Positions 48,361 through 59,003 are shown, numbered from the stretch's first letter. The stretch is DNA of 64,000 bases from an uncultured Clostridium sp. (GCA_948436975.1 CAOJJB010000001.1:14005-78004); one strand, 5' to 3'. Numbers and translations: made by a program. The notes: generated from the letters alone by a model not told the origin.

Positions 48361-48705
48361 ATGAAAAATACTATAATGATGAAAAAAAATTATGAATTTA
48401 AAAATCTTTTTTCAAAGGGAAAATTTTATTATGGTCAATATGTTCATATGTATATAAAAAGAACAGAAAAAAATTATAATAAATTGGGAATAGCAGTATC
48501 TAAAAAACAAGGAAAAGCAGTAAAGAGAAATAAAATAAAAAGATTAATTAGAGAGAATTATAAAATCTTTGAAAATAGGATAGAGAAGGGACTAAACATT
48601 TTAATAATAATAAATAAAGAAAAAGATATTAAAGAAATAACATTTAAAAATGTTGAAGAAAATTTTTATAAAATATTAAAAAAAGCAAATGTTTTGGTAA
48701 ATTAA
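48361..48705 (+). CDS. rnpA: Ribonuclease P protein component
   Basis: Basic 114-aa protein with KAVKRNKIKRLIRE motif, directly after rpmH. Confidence 0.9.
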   Translation: MKNTIMMKKNYEFKNLFSKGKFYYGQYVHMYIKRTEKNYNKLGIAVSKKQGKAVKRNKIKRLIRENYKIFENRIEKGLNILIIINKEKDIKEITFKNVEENFYKILKKANVLVN

Positions 48706-48706
48706 T

Positions 48707-48916
48707 ATGAAGAAAATATTTATTTTAATAATTACATTTTATCAAAATAATATATCTCCATTGCTGGGAACTAATTGTAAATATCAACCAACTTGTTCTG
48801 AATATACAAAACAAGCAATAGAGAAATATGGTGTTTTAAAAGGTGTAATAAAAGGAATAAAAAGAATTTTAAAATGTAATCCATTCTCAAAAGGTGGATA
48901 TGATCCATTAAAATAG
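48707..48916 (+). CDS. yidD: Membrane protein insertion efficiency factor YidD
   Basis: ISPLLGTNCKYQPTCSEY...RILKCNPFSKGGYDP. Confidence 0.88.
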   Translation: MKKIFILIITFYQNNISPLLGTNCKYQPTCSEYTKQAIEKYGVLKGVIKGIKRILKCNPFSKGGYDPLK

Positions 48917-48927
48917 AGGAGGAAAAT

Positions 48928-49770
48928 ATGTTTAATTTTTTTGCAAATATATTTGGTTATTTATTAAATGCTATTTATGGTTTTGTAAATAATTATGGAC
49001 TAGCAATAATTATTTTTACAATTATTTTAAAATTGATAATGTTACCAATTTCTATGAAACAACAAAAAACTATGAAGAAATCAGCAAAAATTCAAAAAAA
49101 GGTAAAAGAAATTCAAAAAAAATATAGTAACGATCAAGTAAGACAAAGTCAAGAAATGATGGATTTATATAAAAAGGAAAATATGAGTCCATTTAGTGGA
49201 TGTTTAAGTTCTATTATTCAGTTTATAATAATATTATCAGTATTTTATTTAGTAAGTAAACCATTAACTTATATGAAACATGTAGATGCAAGCTTATTAG
49301 ATTCATATGCAACAGAAATTTCTCAAAATTCAGATGATGCAATGAGATATAGAGAAATAGCTATTATAAAAGCAAAAGGAAATGTAGATGAAAATGTAAA
49401 TTTAAATATGAATTTTTTAGGATTAGATTTAAGCGATGTACCTACACAAGATTTAAAAAATTGGAAAGTTTATGTAATACCAGTACTATATGTTATAACA
49501 TCTATATTCTCAATAAGTTTAACTATGAATATGAATAAAAAACCTAAAGATGAAGAAGAAAAAGAAAACGAAGAAAATAAACCAAAAGAAAAAGAACAAG
49601 ATGCAATGGAAGAAATGAATAAACAAATGAAATTTATGATGCCATTTATGACAGTAAGTATTGCACTTATTGCTCCATTGGGATTAGCCTTATATTGGTT
49701 AGTAAGTAATCTACTTATGATTTGTGAAAGATTATTTATTAATAAATTAGTTAAAGATGAGGAGGTATAA
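48928..49770 (+). CDS. yidC: YidC/SpoIIIJ/OxaA membrane insertase
   Basis: GLAIIIFTIILKLIMLPIS, ...MSPFSGCL..., five-TM 60-kDa-IMP core with an acidic insert (KPKDEEEKENEENKPKEKE). Confidence 0.9.
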   Translation: MFNFFANIFGYLLNAIYGFVNNYGLAIIIFTIILKLIMLPISMKQQKTMKKSAKIQKKVKEIQKKYSNDQVRQSQEMMDLYKKENMSPFSGCLSSIIQFIIILSVFYLVSKPLTYMKHVDASLLDSYATEISQNSDDAMRYREIAIIKAKGNVDENVNLNMNFLGLDLSDVPTQDLKNWKVYVIPVLYVITSIFSISLTMNMNKKPKDEEEKENEENKPKEKEQDAMEEMNKQMKFMMPFMTVSIALIAPLGLALYWLVSNLLMICERLFINKLVKDEEV

Positions 49771-49776
49771 TAAAAT

Positions 49777-50478
49777 ATGGATAATATATATGTTTTTGAA
49801 GGAAAAACATCAACGGAAGCAATTGAAAAAGGATTGAAAGAATTAAAAGTTTCAAAAAATAAAGTAGATATAAAAATATTAGAACAAGAAGATAAAAGAA
49901 GCTTTTTTAGTATTTTAACACCAAGAATTGTAAAAGTTGAAATGAAATTAAAAGAAAATGTAGAAATTTCAAAAAATAATAAAGTACAAGAAAATAAAAA
50001 AATAGTAACAAATGAACCAGTTGATAATACAGAAGCAATAAAAAATATAAAAGAATTTTTAAATGAATTTATACAAAAACTTTCTAATGATAATTTGGAA
50101 TATTCAATAAAAGAAGAAGAAAATATTATAAAAGTTGATATAAATGGAGGGAATACAGGGTACTTAATAGGATATAGGGGAGAAGTATTAAATAGTATAC
50201 AAACAGTAATATCTAATATAGCTTCTAAATCAAGCAAAGAAAGAATAAGAGTAATAGTAAACATTGGTGGATATAGAGAAAAAAGAGAAAAAGATTTACA
50301 AATTCTAGCATCTAAAATAGCAGCAACAGTGATTAAGACTAAAAAAGCAGTAACATTAGAACCTATGTCAGCTTACGAAAGGAAAATAATTCATACGAAA
50401 TTACAAGAAAATAATAAAGTAAAGACACATAGTGTTGGTGAGGAACCATATAGAAAAGTTGTAGTTTCATTAAAGTAG
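49777..50478 (+). CDS. jag: Jag (SpoIIIJ-associated) KH/R3H RNA-binding protein
   Basis: Jag_N, KH (IGYRGEVLNSIQ) and R3H (MSAYERKIIHTKLQ) motifs. Confidence 0.87.
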   Translation: MDNIYVFEGKTSTEAIEKGLKELKVSKNKVDIKILEQEDKRSFFSILTPRIVKVEMKLKENVEISKNNKVQENKKIVTNEPVDNTEAIKNIKEFLNEFIQKLSNDNLEYSIKEEENIIKVDINGGNTGYLIGYRGEVLNSIQTVISNIASKSSKERIRVIVNIGGYREKREKDLQILASKIAATVIKTKKAVTLEPMSAYERKIIHTKLQENNKVKTHSVGEEPYRKVVVSLK

Positions 50479-50721
50479 ATGTAATAAAAGATATATATAA
50501 TTTTAATATAGAGGAATTACTAAAATGAGTAATTTCTCTTTTTTTATGTAATAGGAAATTTGTATTAAATTATATAATATTGCATAATTATGTTGACTAT
50601 GATATAATAATAAATAGTTTTTAGAATTAAATAAAATAATAAGAAAACAAGAAGATATTTAATGAATAAAACCAATAAAAAAAAATAATTTAAAGAATGA
50701 AATCAATAAACGGAGGAGAAG

Positions 50722-52086
50722 ATGAATACTATTGCAGCAATTTCAACGGCACCTGGAATAGGTGGAATAGGAATCGTTAGAATGAGTGGTGAAAACTGTT
50801 TTAAAATATTAGAAAAAGTATTTAAGCAGAAAAAATATCAAAATATTAAAAATATAAAAGGATATTCAATTAAATATGGTAATATTGTTGATAATGGTGA
50901 AATAATAGATGAAGTATTAGTTTCTTATTTTAAATCTCCTAAAAGTTATACTTCAGAAAATATGTGTGAAATAAATTCTCATGGTGGAATAGTAATAATG
51001 AATAAGATATTAGATTTATGTATAAAGAATGGTGCAGAATTAGCTGAACCAGGAGAATTTACAAAGAGAGCTTTTTTAAATGGAAGAATGGATTTATCTC
51101 AAGCAGAGGCTGTAATAGATGTAATAAATTCTAAAACAGATAAAGAGGCTAAAGTATCAATGCAACAACTACAAGGAAATTTATCTGAAAAAATATTTGA
51201 AATTAGAAAAGAAATAATTTCAATAATGGCTGATATAGAAGCAAGTATAGATTATCCAGAATATGATTTGCAAGAAGTTACAAATGAGAATATATTAAAT
51301 ATATTGAATAAAGTAGACAAAATTCTATTATCATTAGAGAATAGTTTTTATAATGGTAAAATATTAAAAGAAGGAATAAGTACAGCTATAATAGGAAGAC
51401 CAAATGCTGGAAAATCTTCTTTATTAAATGTTATATTGAATGAAGAAAGAGCAATTGTAACAGATATAGAAGGTACTACTAGAGATATAATACAAGAATA
51501 TATTTCTGTAGAAGGAGTGCCTTTAAAAATAATTGATACTGCAGGAATTAGAAATTCAAATGACGAGGTAGAAAAAATAGGAATAAAAAAAGCGATAGAT
51601 ATAGCAAGATCAAGTGATATAGTAATAGCTATTTTTGATATAAACAGAGAATTAAATGATGAAGATAAACAGATTTTAAGCTTGTTAGAAAATAAGAATG
51701 CTATTATAATATTAAATAAAGTAGACTTAGAAAGAAAGATAGATATTAATGATATAGCTTATTTAAAAAAACCAATTGTTGAAATGTCTACTAAAAATAG
51801 GGAAGGAATAGATGAGTTATATAAAGAAATATCACAAGTATTTAAATTGAAAGAGATAGTTACTGATGGAGAAACAATTATTAGTAATGTTAGGCATAAG
51901 AATATAATAATTAATTCTAGAAAAAATTTAGATAGAGCTAGAGAAACAATTAATAATAATATGCCTATTGATATAATATCAACATATTTAAAAGAGATTT
52001 TAGAAGAATTGGGAAAAATAACAGGAGAAACTGTTACAGATGACGTAATAGCTGAAATTTTTTCAAAATTCTGTTTAGGGAAATGA
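50722..52086 (+). CDS. mnmE: tRNA modification GTPase MnmE
   Basis: IAAISTAPGIGGIGIVRMSG, G-domain GRPNAGKSSLLN / DTAG / NKVD, C-terminal FCLGK. Confidence 0.95.
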   Translation: MNTIAAISTAPGIGGIGIVRMSGENCFKILEKVFKQKKYQNIKNIKGYSIKYGNIVDNGEIIDEVLVSYFKSPKSYTSENMCEINSHGGIVIMNKILDLCIKNGAELAEPGEFTKRAFLNGRMDLSQAEAVIDVINSKTDKEAKVSMQQLQGNLSEKIFEIRKEIISIMADIEASIDYPEYDLQEVTNENILNILNKVDKILLSLENSFYNGKILKEGISTAIIGRPNAGKSSLLNVILNEERAIVTDIEGTTRDIIQEYISVEGVPLKIIDTAGIRNSNDEVEKIGIKKAIDIARSSDIVIAIFDINRELNDEDKQILSLLENKNAIIILNKVDLERKIDINDIAYLKKPIVEMSTKNREGIDELYKEISQVFKLKEIVTDGETIISNVRHKNIIINSRKNLDRARETINNNMPIDIISTYLKEILEELGKITGETVTDDVIAEIFSKFCLGK

Positions 52087-52164
52087 TTGTTCCACGAAAA
52101 ACAAATAAAAAGGTTTATAGATTAGATTCCATAAAATCTAAATTTTTTTGAGGTAAATAAAGAA

Positions 52165-54042
52165 ATGAAATATGATGCAGGAAAATATGATATAGCAGTT
52201 ATTGGAGCGGGACATGCTGGCTGTGAGGCAGCTTTGGCTTCAGCAAGATTAGGTATGAAAACATTGTTATTTTCAATTAGTTTGGAATGTATTGCTAATA
52301 TGCCATGTAATCCACACATAGGAGGAACATCAAAAGGCCATTTAGTAAGAGAAATTGATAGTCTTGGTGGAGAAATGGGAAAAAATATAGATAAAACAAT
52401 GATTCAATTAAGAATGCTAAATACATCAAAAGGACCAGCTGTTCATTCATTAAGGGCACAAGCTGATAGAAAACGTTATCAGATGGAAATGAAACATACA
52501 TTAGAAAATCAAGAAAACCTATTTGTTAAGCAGGCTGAAATTATAGATATACAAGTAGAAGATGGAAAAATAAAAGCTGTTGAAACTAATTTAGGAGCTA
52601 TATATAAGGTTGATTGTGTTATATTAGCTACAGGAACTTATTTAAAAGGAAAAATATATATAGGTGAAACTTCTTATGAAAGTGGTCCAGATGGAGTGGC
52701 AACTGCAAATGAATTATCTAATTGTTTAAAAAAATTAAATATAGAATTGCAAAGATTTAAAACGGGTACACCAGCAAGAATAAATAAAAATAGTATCGAT
52801 TTTTCTAAAATGGAAATACAAGAAGGAGATAAAGATTTAGTTCCATTTTCTTTTGAAGATAAAATGCCTGATATAGAACAATTACCTTGTTGGCTTACAT
52901 ATACAAATGAGAAAACTCATGAAATAATAAGAAAGAATTTACATAGATCTCCAATGTATTCAGGAGTTATAGAAGGAACTGGTCCGAGATATTGTCCTTC
53001 AATTGAAGATAAGGTTGTTAGATTTGCAGATAAGGAAAGGCATCAAATATTTGTAGAACCAATAGGTTTAGATACAAATGAAATGTATATACAAGGAATG
53101 AGTTCTTCTTTACCAGAAGATGTTCAAATTGAAATGTATAGAACTTTACCAGGATTAGAAAATGCTGAATTTACAAGACCAGCTTATGCAATAGAATATG
53201 ATTGTATAGAACCATCTCAATTAAAGAGTTCTTTAGAATTAAAATCAATTAGTGGGATGTTTTTTGCTGGACAAATAAATGGAACATCTGGATATGAAGA
53301 AGCTGCATGTCAAGGTCTTATAGCTGGAATAAATGCTACACAAAAGTTGAAGGGTAAAGAGCCATTAATATTAGATAGATCAGATGCATATATAGGAGTT
53401 TTAATTGATGATATAGTTACAAAAAGCACAATGGAACCATATAGAATGATGACTTCTAGAGCGGAATATAGATTATTATTAAGACAAGATAATGCAGATT
53501 TAAGACTTACAGAAATAGGATATCAGATAGGTTTGATTTCAGAAGAAAGGTATAAGAGGTTTGTTGAAAAGAAAAATTTCATTGAAAAAGAAATTCAAAG
53601 ATTAAAAACAACAAATATAAAACCAAATGAAGAAACAAATAAATTTTTAACAGAACAAGGAACTACATCAATAACAACTGGTATGAAGCTTTCGGAATTG
53701 TTAAAAAGAACGGAAATAACATATGAAGCATTAAAAATAATTGATATAGATAGGCCAAATTTAGATAGGCAAGTAATTGAAGAAGTTGAAATAATGGTAA
53801 AATATGAAGGATATATTGAAATGCAAAAAAAACAAGTTGAAGGTTTTAAAAAATTAGAAAAAAAATATTTACCAGAAGATATTGATTATAATAAAATAAA
53901 AGGAGTTAGATTAGAAGCAAGACAGAAATTAAATAAATATAAACCATATTCAATAGGACAAGCATCAAGAATTTCAGGAGTTTCTCCAGCAGATATATCT
54001 GTATTATTAATATATTTAGAACAATATAATAAAAAGAAATAA
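52165..54042 (+). CDS. mnmG: tRNA uridine 5-carboxymethylaminomethyl modification enzyme MnmG
   Basis: [19 protein letters not shown] motif, [24 protein letters not shown]. Confidence 0.95.
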   Translation: MKYDAGKYDIAVIGAGHAGCEAALASARLGMKTLLFSISLECIANMPCNPHIGGTSKGHLVREIDSLGGEMGKNIDKTMIQLRMLNTSKGPAVHSLRAQADRKRYQMEMKHTLENQENLFVKQAEIIDIQVEDGKIKAVETNLGAIYKVDCVILATGTYLKGKIYIGETSYESGPDGVATANELSNCLKKLNIELQRFKTGTPARINKNSIDFSKMEIQEGDKDLVPFSFEDKMPDIEQLPCWLTYTNEKTHEIIRKNLHRSPMYSGVIEGTGPRYCPSIEDKVVRFADKERHQIFVEPIGLDTNEMYIQGMSSSLPEDVQIEMYRTLPGLENAEFTRPAYAIEYDCIEPSQLKSSLELKSISGMFFAGQINGTSGYEEAACQGLIAGINATQKLKGKEPLILDRSDAYIGVLIDDIVTKSTMEPYRMMTSRAEYRLLLRQDNADLRLTEIGYQIGLISEERYKRFVEKKNFIEKEIQRLKTTNIKPNEETNKFLTEQGTTSITTGMKLSELLKRTEITYEALKIIDIDRPNLDRQVIEEVEIMVKYEGYIEMQKKQVEGFKKLEKKYLPEDIDYNKIKGVRLEARQKLNKYKPYSIGQASRISGVSPADISVLLIYLEQYNKKK

Positions 54043-54057
54043 AAAGGAGAGATAGAT

Positions 54058-54606
54058 ATGTCTGTTAAAGTAACATATTTTGTTCATAGTACTACTTTAG
54101 ATAATATTGAACATAAATCAACAGGATGGTTAGATGGTGAATTATCTGAAAAGGGAATAAATCAAAGTATTCTGTTAAGAGAGCAAATAAATATAGAAGA
54201 TTTTGATGTAGTTTTTTGTTCAGATTTAAAAAGAGCAGTAGATTCTGCAAATATAACATTTCAAAATTCAGTTAAAATTGTTTTAGATAGTAGATTAAGA
54301 GAATGTAATTATGGCGATTTAAATGGAAAAGATAGTAAATTAGTAGTATATGAGGATCATATAAAAGATAAGTTTCCAAAGGGAGAAGCTTTGATTGATG
54401 TTGAAAACAGAGTAAATGAGTTTTGTGAGTTTTTACTTCAGAATTATGATAATAAAAATGTTGCAATTGTGGCACATAAAGCAACTCAAATGGCTTTTCA
54501 GGTTATTACAGAATCTAAAACATGGGATATGGTTATATCAGAAGATTGGAGAAGAACAAAAAACTGGAAACCTGGATGGATATATTATATAAATAAGGAA
54601 GATTAA
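54058..54606 (+). CDS. Histidine-phosphatase-superfamily protein with variant catalytic motif
   Basis: Aligns to the RHGxTxxN family pattern as YFVHSTTLDN (Val for Arg, Ser for Gly); downstream SDLKRA and AIVAHKAT are retained. Confidence 0.65.
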   Translation: MSVKVTYFVHSTTLDNIEHKSTGWLDGELSEKGINQSILLREQINIEDFDVVFCSDLKRAVDSANITFQNSVKIVLDSRLRECNYGDLNGKDSKLVVYEDHIKDKFPKGEALIDVENRVNEFCEFLLQNYDNKNVAIVAHKATQMAFQVITESKTWDMVISEDWRRTKNWKPGWIYYINKED

Positions 54607-54607
54607 A

Positions 54608-55327
54608 ATGAATGTAGAAGAATTTAGAGAAATTTTTATAGAAGAAGCAGATAAAAATAATATATATATTGATAAAAAAGTAATTAGTAAATTTTATACA
54701 TATATGATAGAGATATTAGAGTGGAATAATAAGGTTAATTTAACATCAATAACAGATGAAAGAATGTTTATCGTGAAACACTTTATAGATTCGCTTACAA
54801 TAAACGGTTTTATACAAGATAAAGAAACTATAATAGACATAGGTACAGGTGCAGGATTTCCTGGTATACCTTTAAAAATTGTTAATGAAGATAAAAAGAT
54901 TACAGTAGTGGATTCAATAAATAAAAAATTAAATGTTATACGTTCAATTAATAATAAAATGAATTTAAAGAATTTAGATATAATACATTCAAGAGCAGAG
55001 GATTTAGCAAGGAGAAAAGAATTTAGAGAGAATTTTGATGTAGTAACTACAAGAGCAGTTTCTAATTTTTCAACAATTATAGAATATATGTTACCATTTT
55101 TGAAAGTGAGTGGTATAGCTATTTGTATGAAGGGACCTAATTATGAAGATGAGTTAAGAAATGGGAAAAAAGCTATTAATATATTAGGTGGAAAATTAGT
55201 CGATATAAAAAAAATAAATGTAGATAATGAATTAACAAGAAATATAATATTAATAAAAAAAATAAAGAAAACACCTGAAAAATTTCCGAGAGGACAAGGA
55301 AAAGCTTTAAAAGAGCCGATTACATAA
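54608..55327 (+). CDS. rsmG: 16S rRNA (guanine527-N7)-methyltransferase RsmG
   Basis: WN.KVNLTSI, SAM motif DIGTGAGFPGIPLKI, TRAV. Confidence 0.92.
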   Translation: MNVEEFREIFIEEADKNNIYIDKKVISKFYTYMIEILEWNNKVNLTSITDERMFIVKHFIDSLTINGFIQDKETIIDIGTGAGFPGIPLKIVNEDKKITVVDSINKKLNVIRSINNKMNLKNLDIIHSRAEDLARRKEFRENFDVVTTRAVSNFSTIIEYMLPFLKVSGIAICMKGPNYEDELRNGKKAINILGGKLVDIKKINVDNELTRNIILIKKIKKTPEKFPRGQGKALKEPIT

Positions 55328-55351
55328 GAATGTTGCTCGTGCAACATTCTT
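55326..55351 (+). terminator. rsmG intrinsic terminator
   Basis: 11-bp stem AAGAATGTTGC / GCAACATTCTT, TCGT loop, then GTTTTTTGT. Confidence 0.75.
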
Positions 55352-55438
55352 GTTTTTTGTATAAATATGTTTAAAACAGATTGACATATTATAAAAAATT
55401 TTATATTATAGTATGGTAAAAAAAAGGAGGGATTTACT

Positions 55439-56233
55439 TTGGGAAGAGTAATATCAATTGCTAATCAGAAAGGTGGGGTAGGTAAAACTACGACTGCAGT
55501 AAATTTAAGTACGATATTGGCAAAAAGAGGAAAAAAAGTAATAATAGTAGATGCTGATCCTCAAGGGAATGCATCTAGTGGATTAGGATTAGAAAGAGTA
55601 ACTGAAAATTCTTTGTATGACATTTTGATTAATGATGTAAAAATAGAAGATACTTTACAAAGTGCTTGTATTAAAAATCTGAAAGTATGTCCTTCAAATA
55701 TGGATCTTGCAGGTGCAGAAGTAGAATTAGTTTCTCAAATGTCAAGAGAACAGAGATTAAAAGAAAAAGTAGATGAGATAAAAGATAATTATGATTTTAT
55801 AATTATAGATTGTCCACCATCATTAGGATTAATTACTTTAAATGCTTTTACTGCATCAGATTCTGTTCTAATACCTGTACAGTGTGAATATTTTGCTTTA
55901 GAAGGTTTGGGGCAGTTACTAAATACAATAAATTTAGTAAAAAAACATTTAAATAAGAACTTAGAAGTTGAAGGTGCTGTACTTACTATGTATGATATTA
56001 GGACGAATCTTTCAAATCAAGTTGTTAAAGAGGTAAAAAGGTATTTTGGTGATAAAGTTTATAAAACTGTAATTCCTAGAAATATAAAGCTTAGTGAAGC
56101 GCCGAGTTATGGTCTACCAATTACTTTATATGATGCTAAATCTAAAGGTGCTAGATCTTATGAGAAACTTGCTAGAGAAGTATTAAATAATGATATAATT
56201 AGAAAAAGAGAAGTATTAAAAAAGGAGGAATAA
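55439..56233 (+). CDS. soj: ParA/Soj chromosome partitioning ATPase (TTG start)
   Basis: Deviant Walker A NQKGGVGKTT, IIDCPPSLG; SD GGAGGG 7 nt before the TTG. Confidence 0.92.
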   Translation: MGRVISIANQKGGVGKTTTAVNLSTILAKRGKKVIIVDADPQGNASSGLGLERVTENSLYDILINDVKIEDTLQSACIKNLKVCPSNMDLAGAEVELVSQMSREQRLKEKVDEIKDNYDFIIIDCPPSLGLITLNAFTASDSVLIPVQCEYFALEGLGQLLNTINLVKKHLNKNLEVEGAVLTMYDIRTNLSNQVVKEVKRYFGDKVYKTVIPRNIKLSEAPSYGLPITLYDAKSKGARSYEKLAREVLNNDIIRKREVLKKEE

Positions 56234-56235
56234 AC

Positions 56236-57081
56236 ATGACAGGCAAAAAAACAGGATTAGGAAAAGGTTTAGATGCGTTGTTTAGTACACCAATGGTTGA
56301 GGAAATTACTAGAGAAGAAGATATTGTAAAAAAATTGAAAATTAATGAAATAGAACCAAACAAAGGACAAGCAAGAAAAGTTTTTGATGATGAAGCTATT
56401 GAAGATTTATCTAATTCTATAAAAGAATATGGAGTAATACAACCTATAATAGTAAGCAAAAAAGTAGGATATTATGAAATTATAGCAGGTGAAAGAAGAT
56501 GGAGAGCATCTAAAAGAGCAGGATTAGATGAAATTCCAGCAATAGTAAGAGATGATGATGAACAAAGAAATCAAGAAATTTCTTTAATAGAAAATATACA
56601 AAGAGAAGACTTAAATCCTATAGAAAAAGCTAGAGGAATAAAAACATTAATGGATGAATATAGCTTAACTCAAGCACAAGTTGCTGAAAAATTAGGAAAA
56701 AGTAGAAGTAGTATAGCAAATACAGTAAGAATATTAAATTTAGATGAAAGAGTAATAAATTTAGCTTTAGAGGGAAAACTAACAGAAGGACATTGTAAAT
56801 CATTAATGGCTATTGATGATCATGATAAACAATATCAAATGGCTACTTATATAATTGAATCAGGGGATTCTGTTAGAGAAGCTGAAAAGAAAATGAAAGT
56901 AATTAAAAAGGTAAACAAAAAAAATGATAGATACATACCAATCTATAGGGATATAGAAAATACATTTCAAGGTTTTTTTGGTACAAAAGTAAAGCTAGAT
57001 GCTGGAGAAAGAAAAGGCAAAATAATAATACAATACAGCTCTAATGATGATTTAGAGAGAATTTTAGGTTTAATAAAATAA
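56236..57081 (+). CDS. spo0J: ParB/Spo0J chromosome partitioning protein
   Basis: ParB boxes (QPIIV...YEIIAGERRWRA), HTH (LTQAQVAEKLGKSRSSIAN). Confidence 0.92.
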   Translation: MTGKKTGLGKGLDALFSTPMVEEITREEDIVKKLKINEIEPNKGQARKVFDDEAIEDLSNSIKEYGVIQPIIVSKKVGYYEIIAGERRWRASKRAGLDEIPAIVRDDDEQRNQEISLIENIQREDLNPIEKARGIKTLMDEYSLTQAQVAEKLGKSRSSIANTVRILNLDERVINLALEGKLTEGHCKSLMAIDDHDKQYQMATYIIESGDSVREAEKKMKVIKKVNKKNDRYIPIYRDIENTFQGFFGTKVKLDAGERKGKIIIQYSSNDDLERILGLIK

Positions 57082-57096
57082 GGAGAGATTAAATAT

Positions 57097-57624
57097 ATGA
57101 GTAGTATTTTAGAACTATTAGAAAATGAAAATTATGTATTGGCTATTGTTATTGTAAATATTATATTAATAATAGTAACAATCATTAATACGATTTTAAT
57201 AATAAGAGCAAATGGAAAATATGTAAAATTTATGAAAAAATTAGGTAATGGATCTAATTTAGATGAAATGATGAAAGATTATATAAAAGATGTTAAAGAA
57301 ATAAAAAAAGATAATGCAGAAATTAAAGCATATTATACTAAATTAGATAGTGATATAGCTTCATGCATACAGAAAGTAGGGCTAGTAAGATATAACGCTT
57401 TTAAAGATGTTGGAAGTGATTTAAGTTTTGCTGTAGCATTATTAGATAGAAATGATAATGGTGTGGTTTTAAATGGATTATATGGTTCAGAGTCTTCAAA
57501 TATTTACGCTAAGCCTATAAAGAAAGGTGTATCATCATATAAATTATCAGAAGAAGAAGAATATGCTTTAGAAATAGCTGAACAGTCTAAAAACTTTATT
57601 GCTAAGAATAGAGAGAATATGTAA
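57097..57624 (+). CDS. DUF4446-family membrane-anchored protein
   Basis: N-terminal TM plus a conserved ...VGLVRYNAFKDVGSDLSFAVALLD..NGVVLNGLY.. core; the usual gene after spo0J in Clostridia-like genomes. Confidence 0.7.
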   Translation: MSSILELLENENYVLAIVIVNIILIIVTIINTILIIRANGKYVKFMKKLGNGSNLDEMMKDYIKDVKEIKKDNAEIKAYYTKLDSDIASCIQKVGLVRYNAFKDVGSDLSFAVALLDRNDNGVVLNGLYGSESSNIYAKPIKKGVSSYKLSEEEEYALEIAEQSKNFIAKNRENM

Positions 57625-57940
57625 TTAGTGAAATTTAAAAAGAGAATATAGGTGATAGATTTTTTATCTGTCATCTATTTTTTTTATAAAATGCTAGTAG
57701 AATGAAAATAATAATAGTAATAAGATATATATTTTATAATGATAAAGTAGTTTTAAAATCAAAAATAAGAGGTTTTTATAATAAAATAATAAAAGTATAG
57801 CAATTTATAAATAAAAATGATAATTAACGATTTTAATAATAATTAACATTTTTATTTATTATTAAAAAATATTTTTATAAAAGTACAATATGTAATAAAG
57901 TTGAGATAATTTTTTTTTGTAAAAAATATGTAAAAAAGCA

Positions 57941-58539
57941 TGTGGATTTAGGGAAAAAGCTGTGGATAACATTAAAAAACTATAAAAAAATAAATTTAAA
58001 AATCAAAAATTAAAGAAAATGAGAAAATAAAAACTATGTGAATAAGTCCACAAAAAGTTGATATATTAAGGGTTTTGTGGCTGTGGATAAAGTTTGAAAC
58101 ATACACATAAATAGGAAAGTGGTTAAAAGAAAAAAATATTATAATTTTTAATACTAAAGTCAATTATAAGTGAGTAATAGTTTAAAATTTTAAAATAATG
58201 TATATAGAGAAGATATAATTATGGAAAAAATTTAATAAAAGATAAGAAAAGTAATGTGGAAAAAATTATAAAAAGTTGTAAAAATGAGTAGTATATAATA
58301 TTATATGGGTTTTGGTAATTAATACTTTTTAATAAAAAAAAATATTAATAGAAAAAAATATTTTTTATTAATAAATATGTAAAATTATTTTATTTATAAC
58401 ATATAATTAATAAAAAAAATTAATAATTAAGATAAAAAGTATAATATAAATAAAAAAATTTTTAAAAAAAATTTTTTTTTGTTTAGTATAAATTTAATAA
58501 AACGTTGTAAAATAAGTAAAAAAATAAAAATGTGGATAA
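57941..58539. promoter_or_regulatory. Secondary co-oriented DnaA-box cluster
   Basis: Three perfect TGTGGATAA (57961-57969, 58082-58090, 58531-58539), one-mismatch TGTGAATAA (58037-58045) and TGTGGAAAA (58255-58263), and weaker TGTGGATTT (57941-57949). All are in the same orientation. Confidence 0.65.
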
Positions 58540-58686
58540 GTTTTTCTTAATAATTTTAAATTTGCAATTTTTTTCAAAAAAAATTGATAAAATTTCATTT
58601 TAGAAAAGGTTAAGTAATAAAAAAATAAGAAAAAGTATAGAAAAATGTATACAACAAAATTTGAATAAAAAAATATCAAAATTTTA

Positions 58687-58716
58687 TTGACAAATATGAA
58701 AGATATGTGCTAATAT
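58687..58716 (+). promoter_or_regulatory. Promoter for the tRNA-Ser pair
   Basis: TTGACA (58687-58692), 17-18-nt spacer, CTAATAT/TAATAT (58710-58716), about 28 nt before the tRNA 5' end. Confidence 0.6.
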
Positions 58717-58743
58717 ATATGTGTTGTTAATAAAACATCAAAT

Positions 58744-58835
<92 letters not shown>

Positions 58836-58908
58836 ATAGAAAATGGAAGCAGAGAAAAGGTGTTTTAAAGCTTCCTTTTTTATTATAATATCTAATATAA
58901 GAGCATTT

Positions 58909-59001
58909 GGAGATTTACCCAAGTGGTTGAAGGGGACGGTTTGCTAAACCGTTAGGGTTGCGTAAGTGGCCGCGAGGGTTCAAATCCCTCAATCTCCGCC
59001 A
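58909..59001 (+). tRNA. tRNA-Ser (anticodon GCT), long variable arm, CCA encoded
   Basis: GGAGATTTACCCAAGTGGTTGAAGGGGACGGTTTGCTAAACCGT...GGTTCAAATCCCTCAATCTCCGCCA; anticodon loop TTGCTAA. Confidence 0.92.
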
Positions 59002-59003
59002 AA

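Noticed and set aside
49470-50264. A 264-aa minus-strand ORF overlapping yidC and jag.
   Set aside because: It is antisense to two well-conserved genes and has an S/F/I/L low-complexity composition. It is an artefact of a purine-rich coding strand.
55331-55346. A parS-like inverted repeat TGTTGCTCGTGCAACA just upstream of soj.
   Set aside because: It is the core of an 11-bp-stem hairpin followed by a T-run directly after the rsmG stop, so it is best explained as an intrinsic terminator. It has three differences from the parS consensus and a non-palindromic centre.
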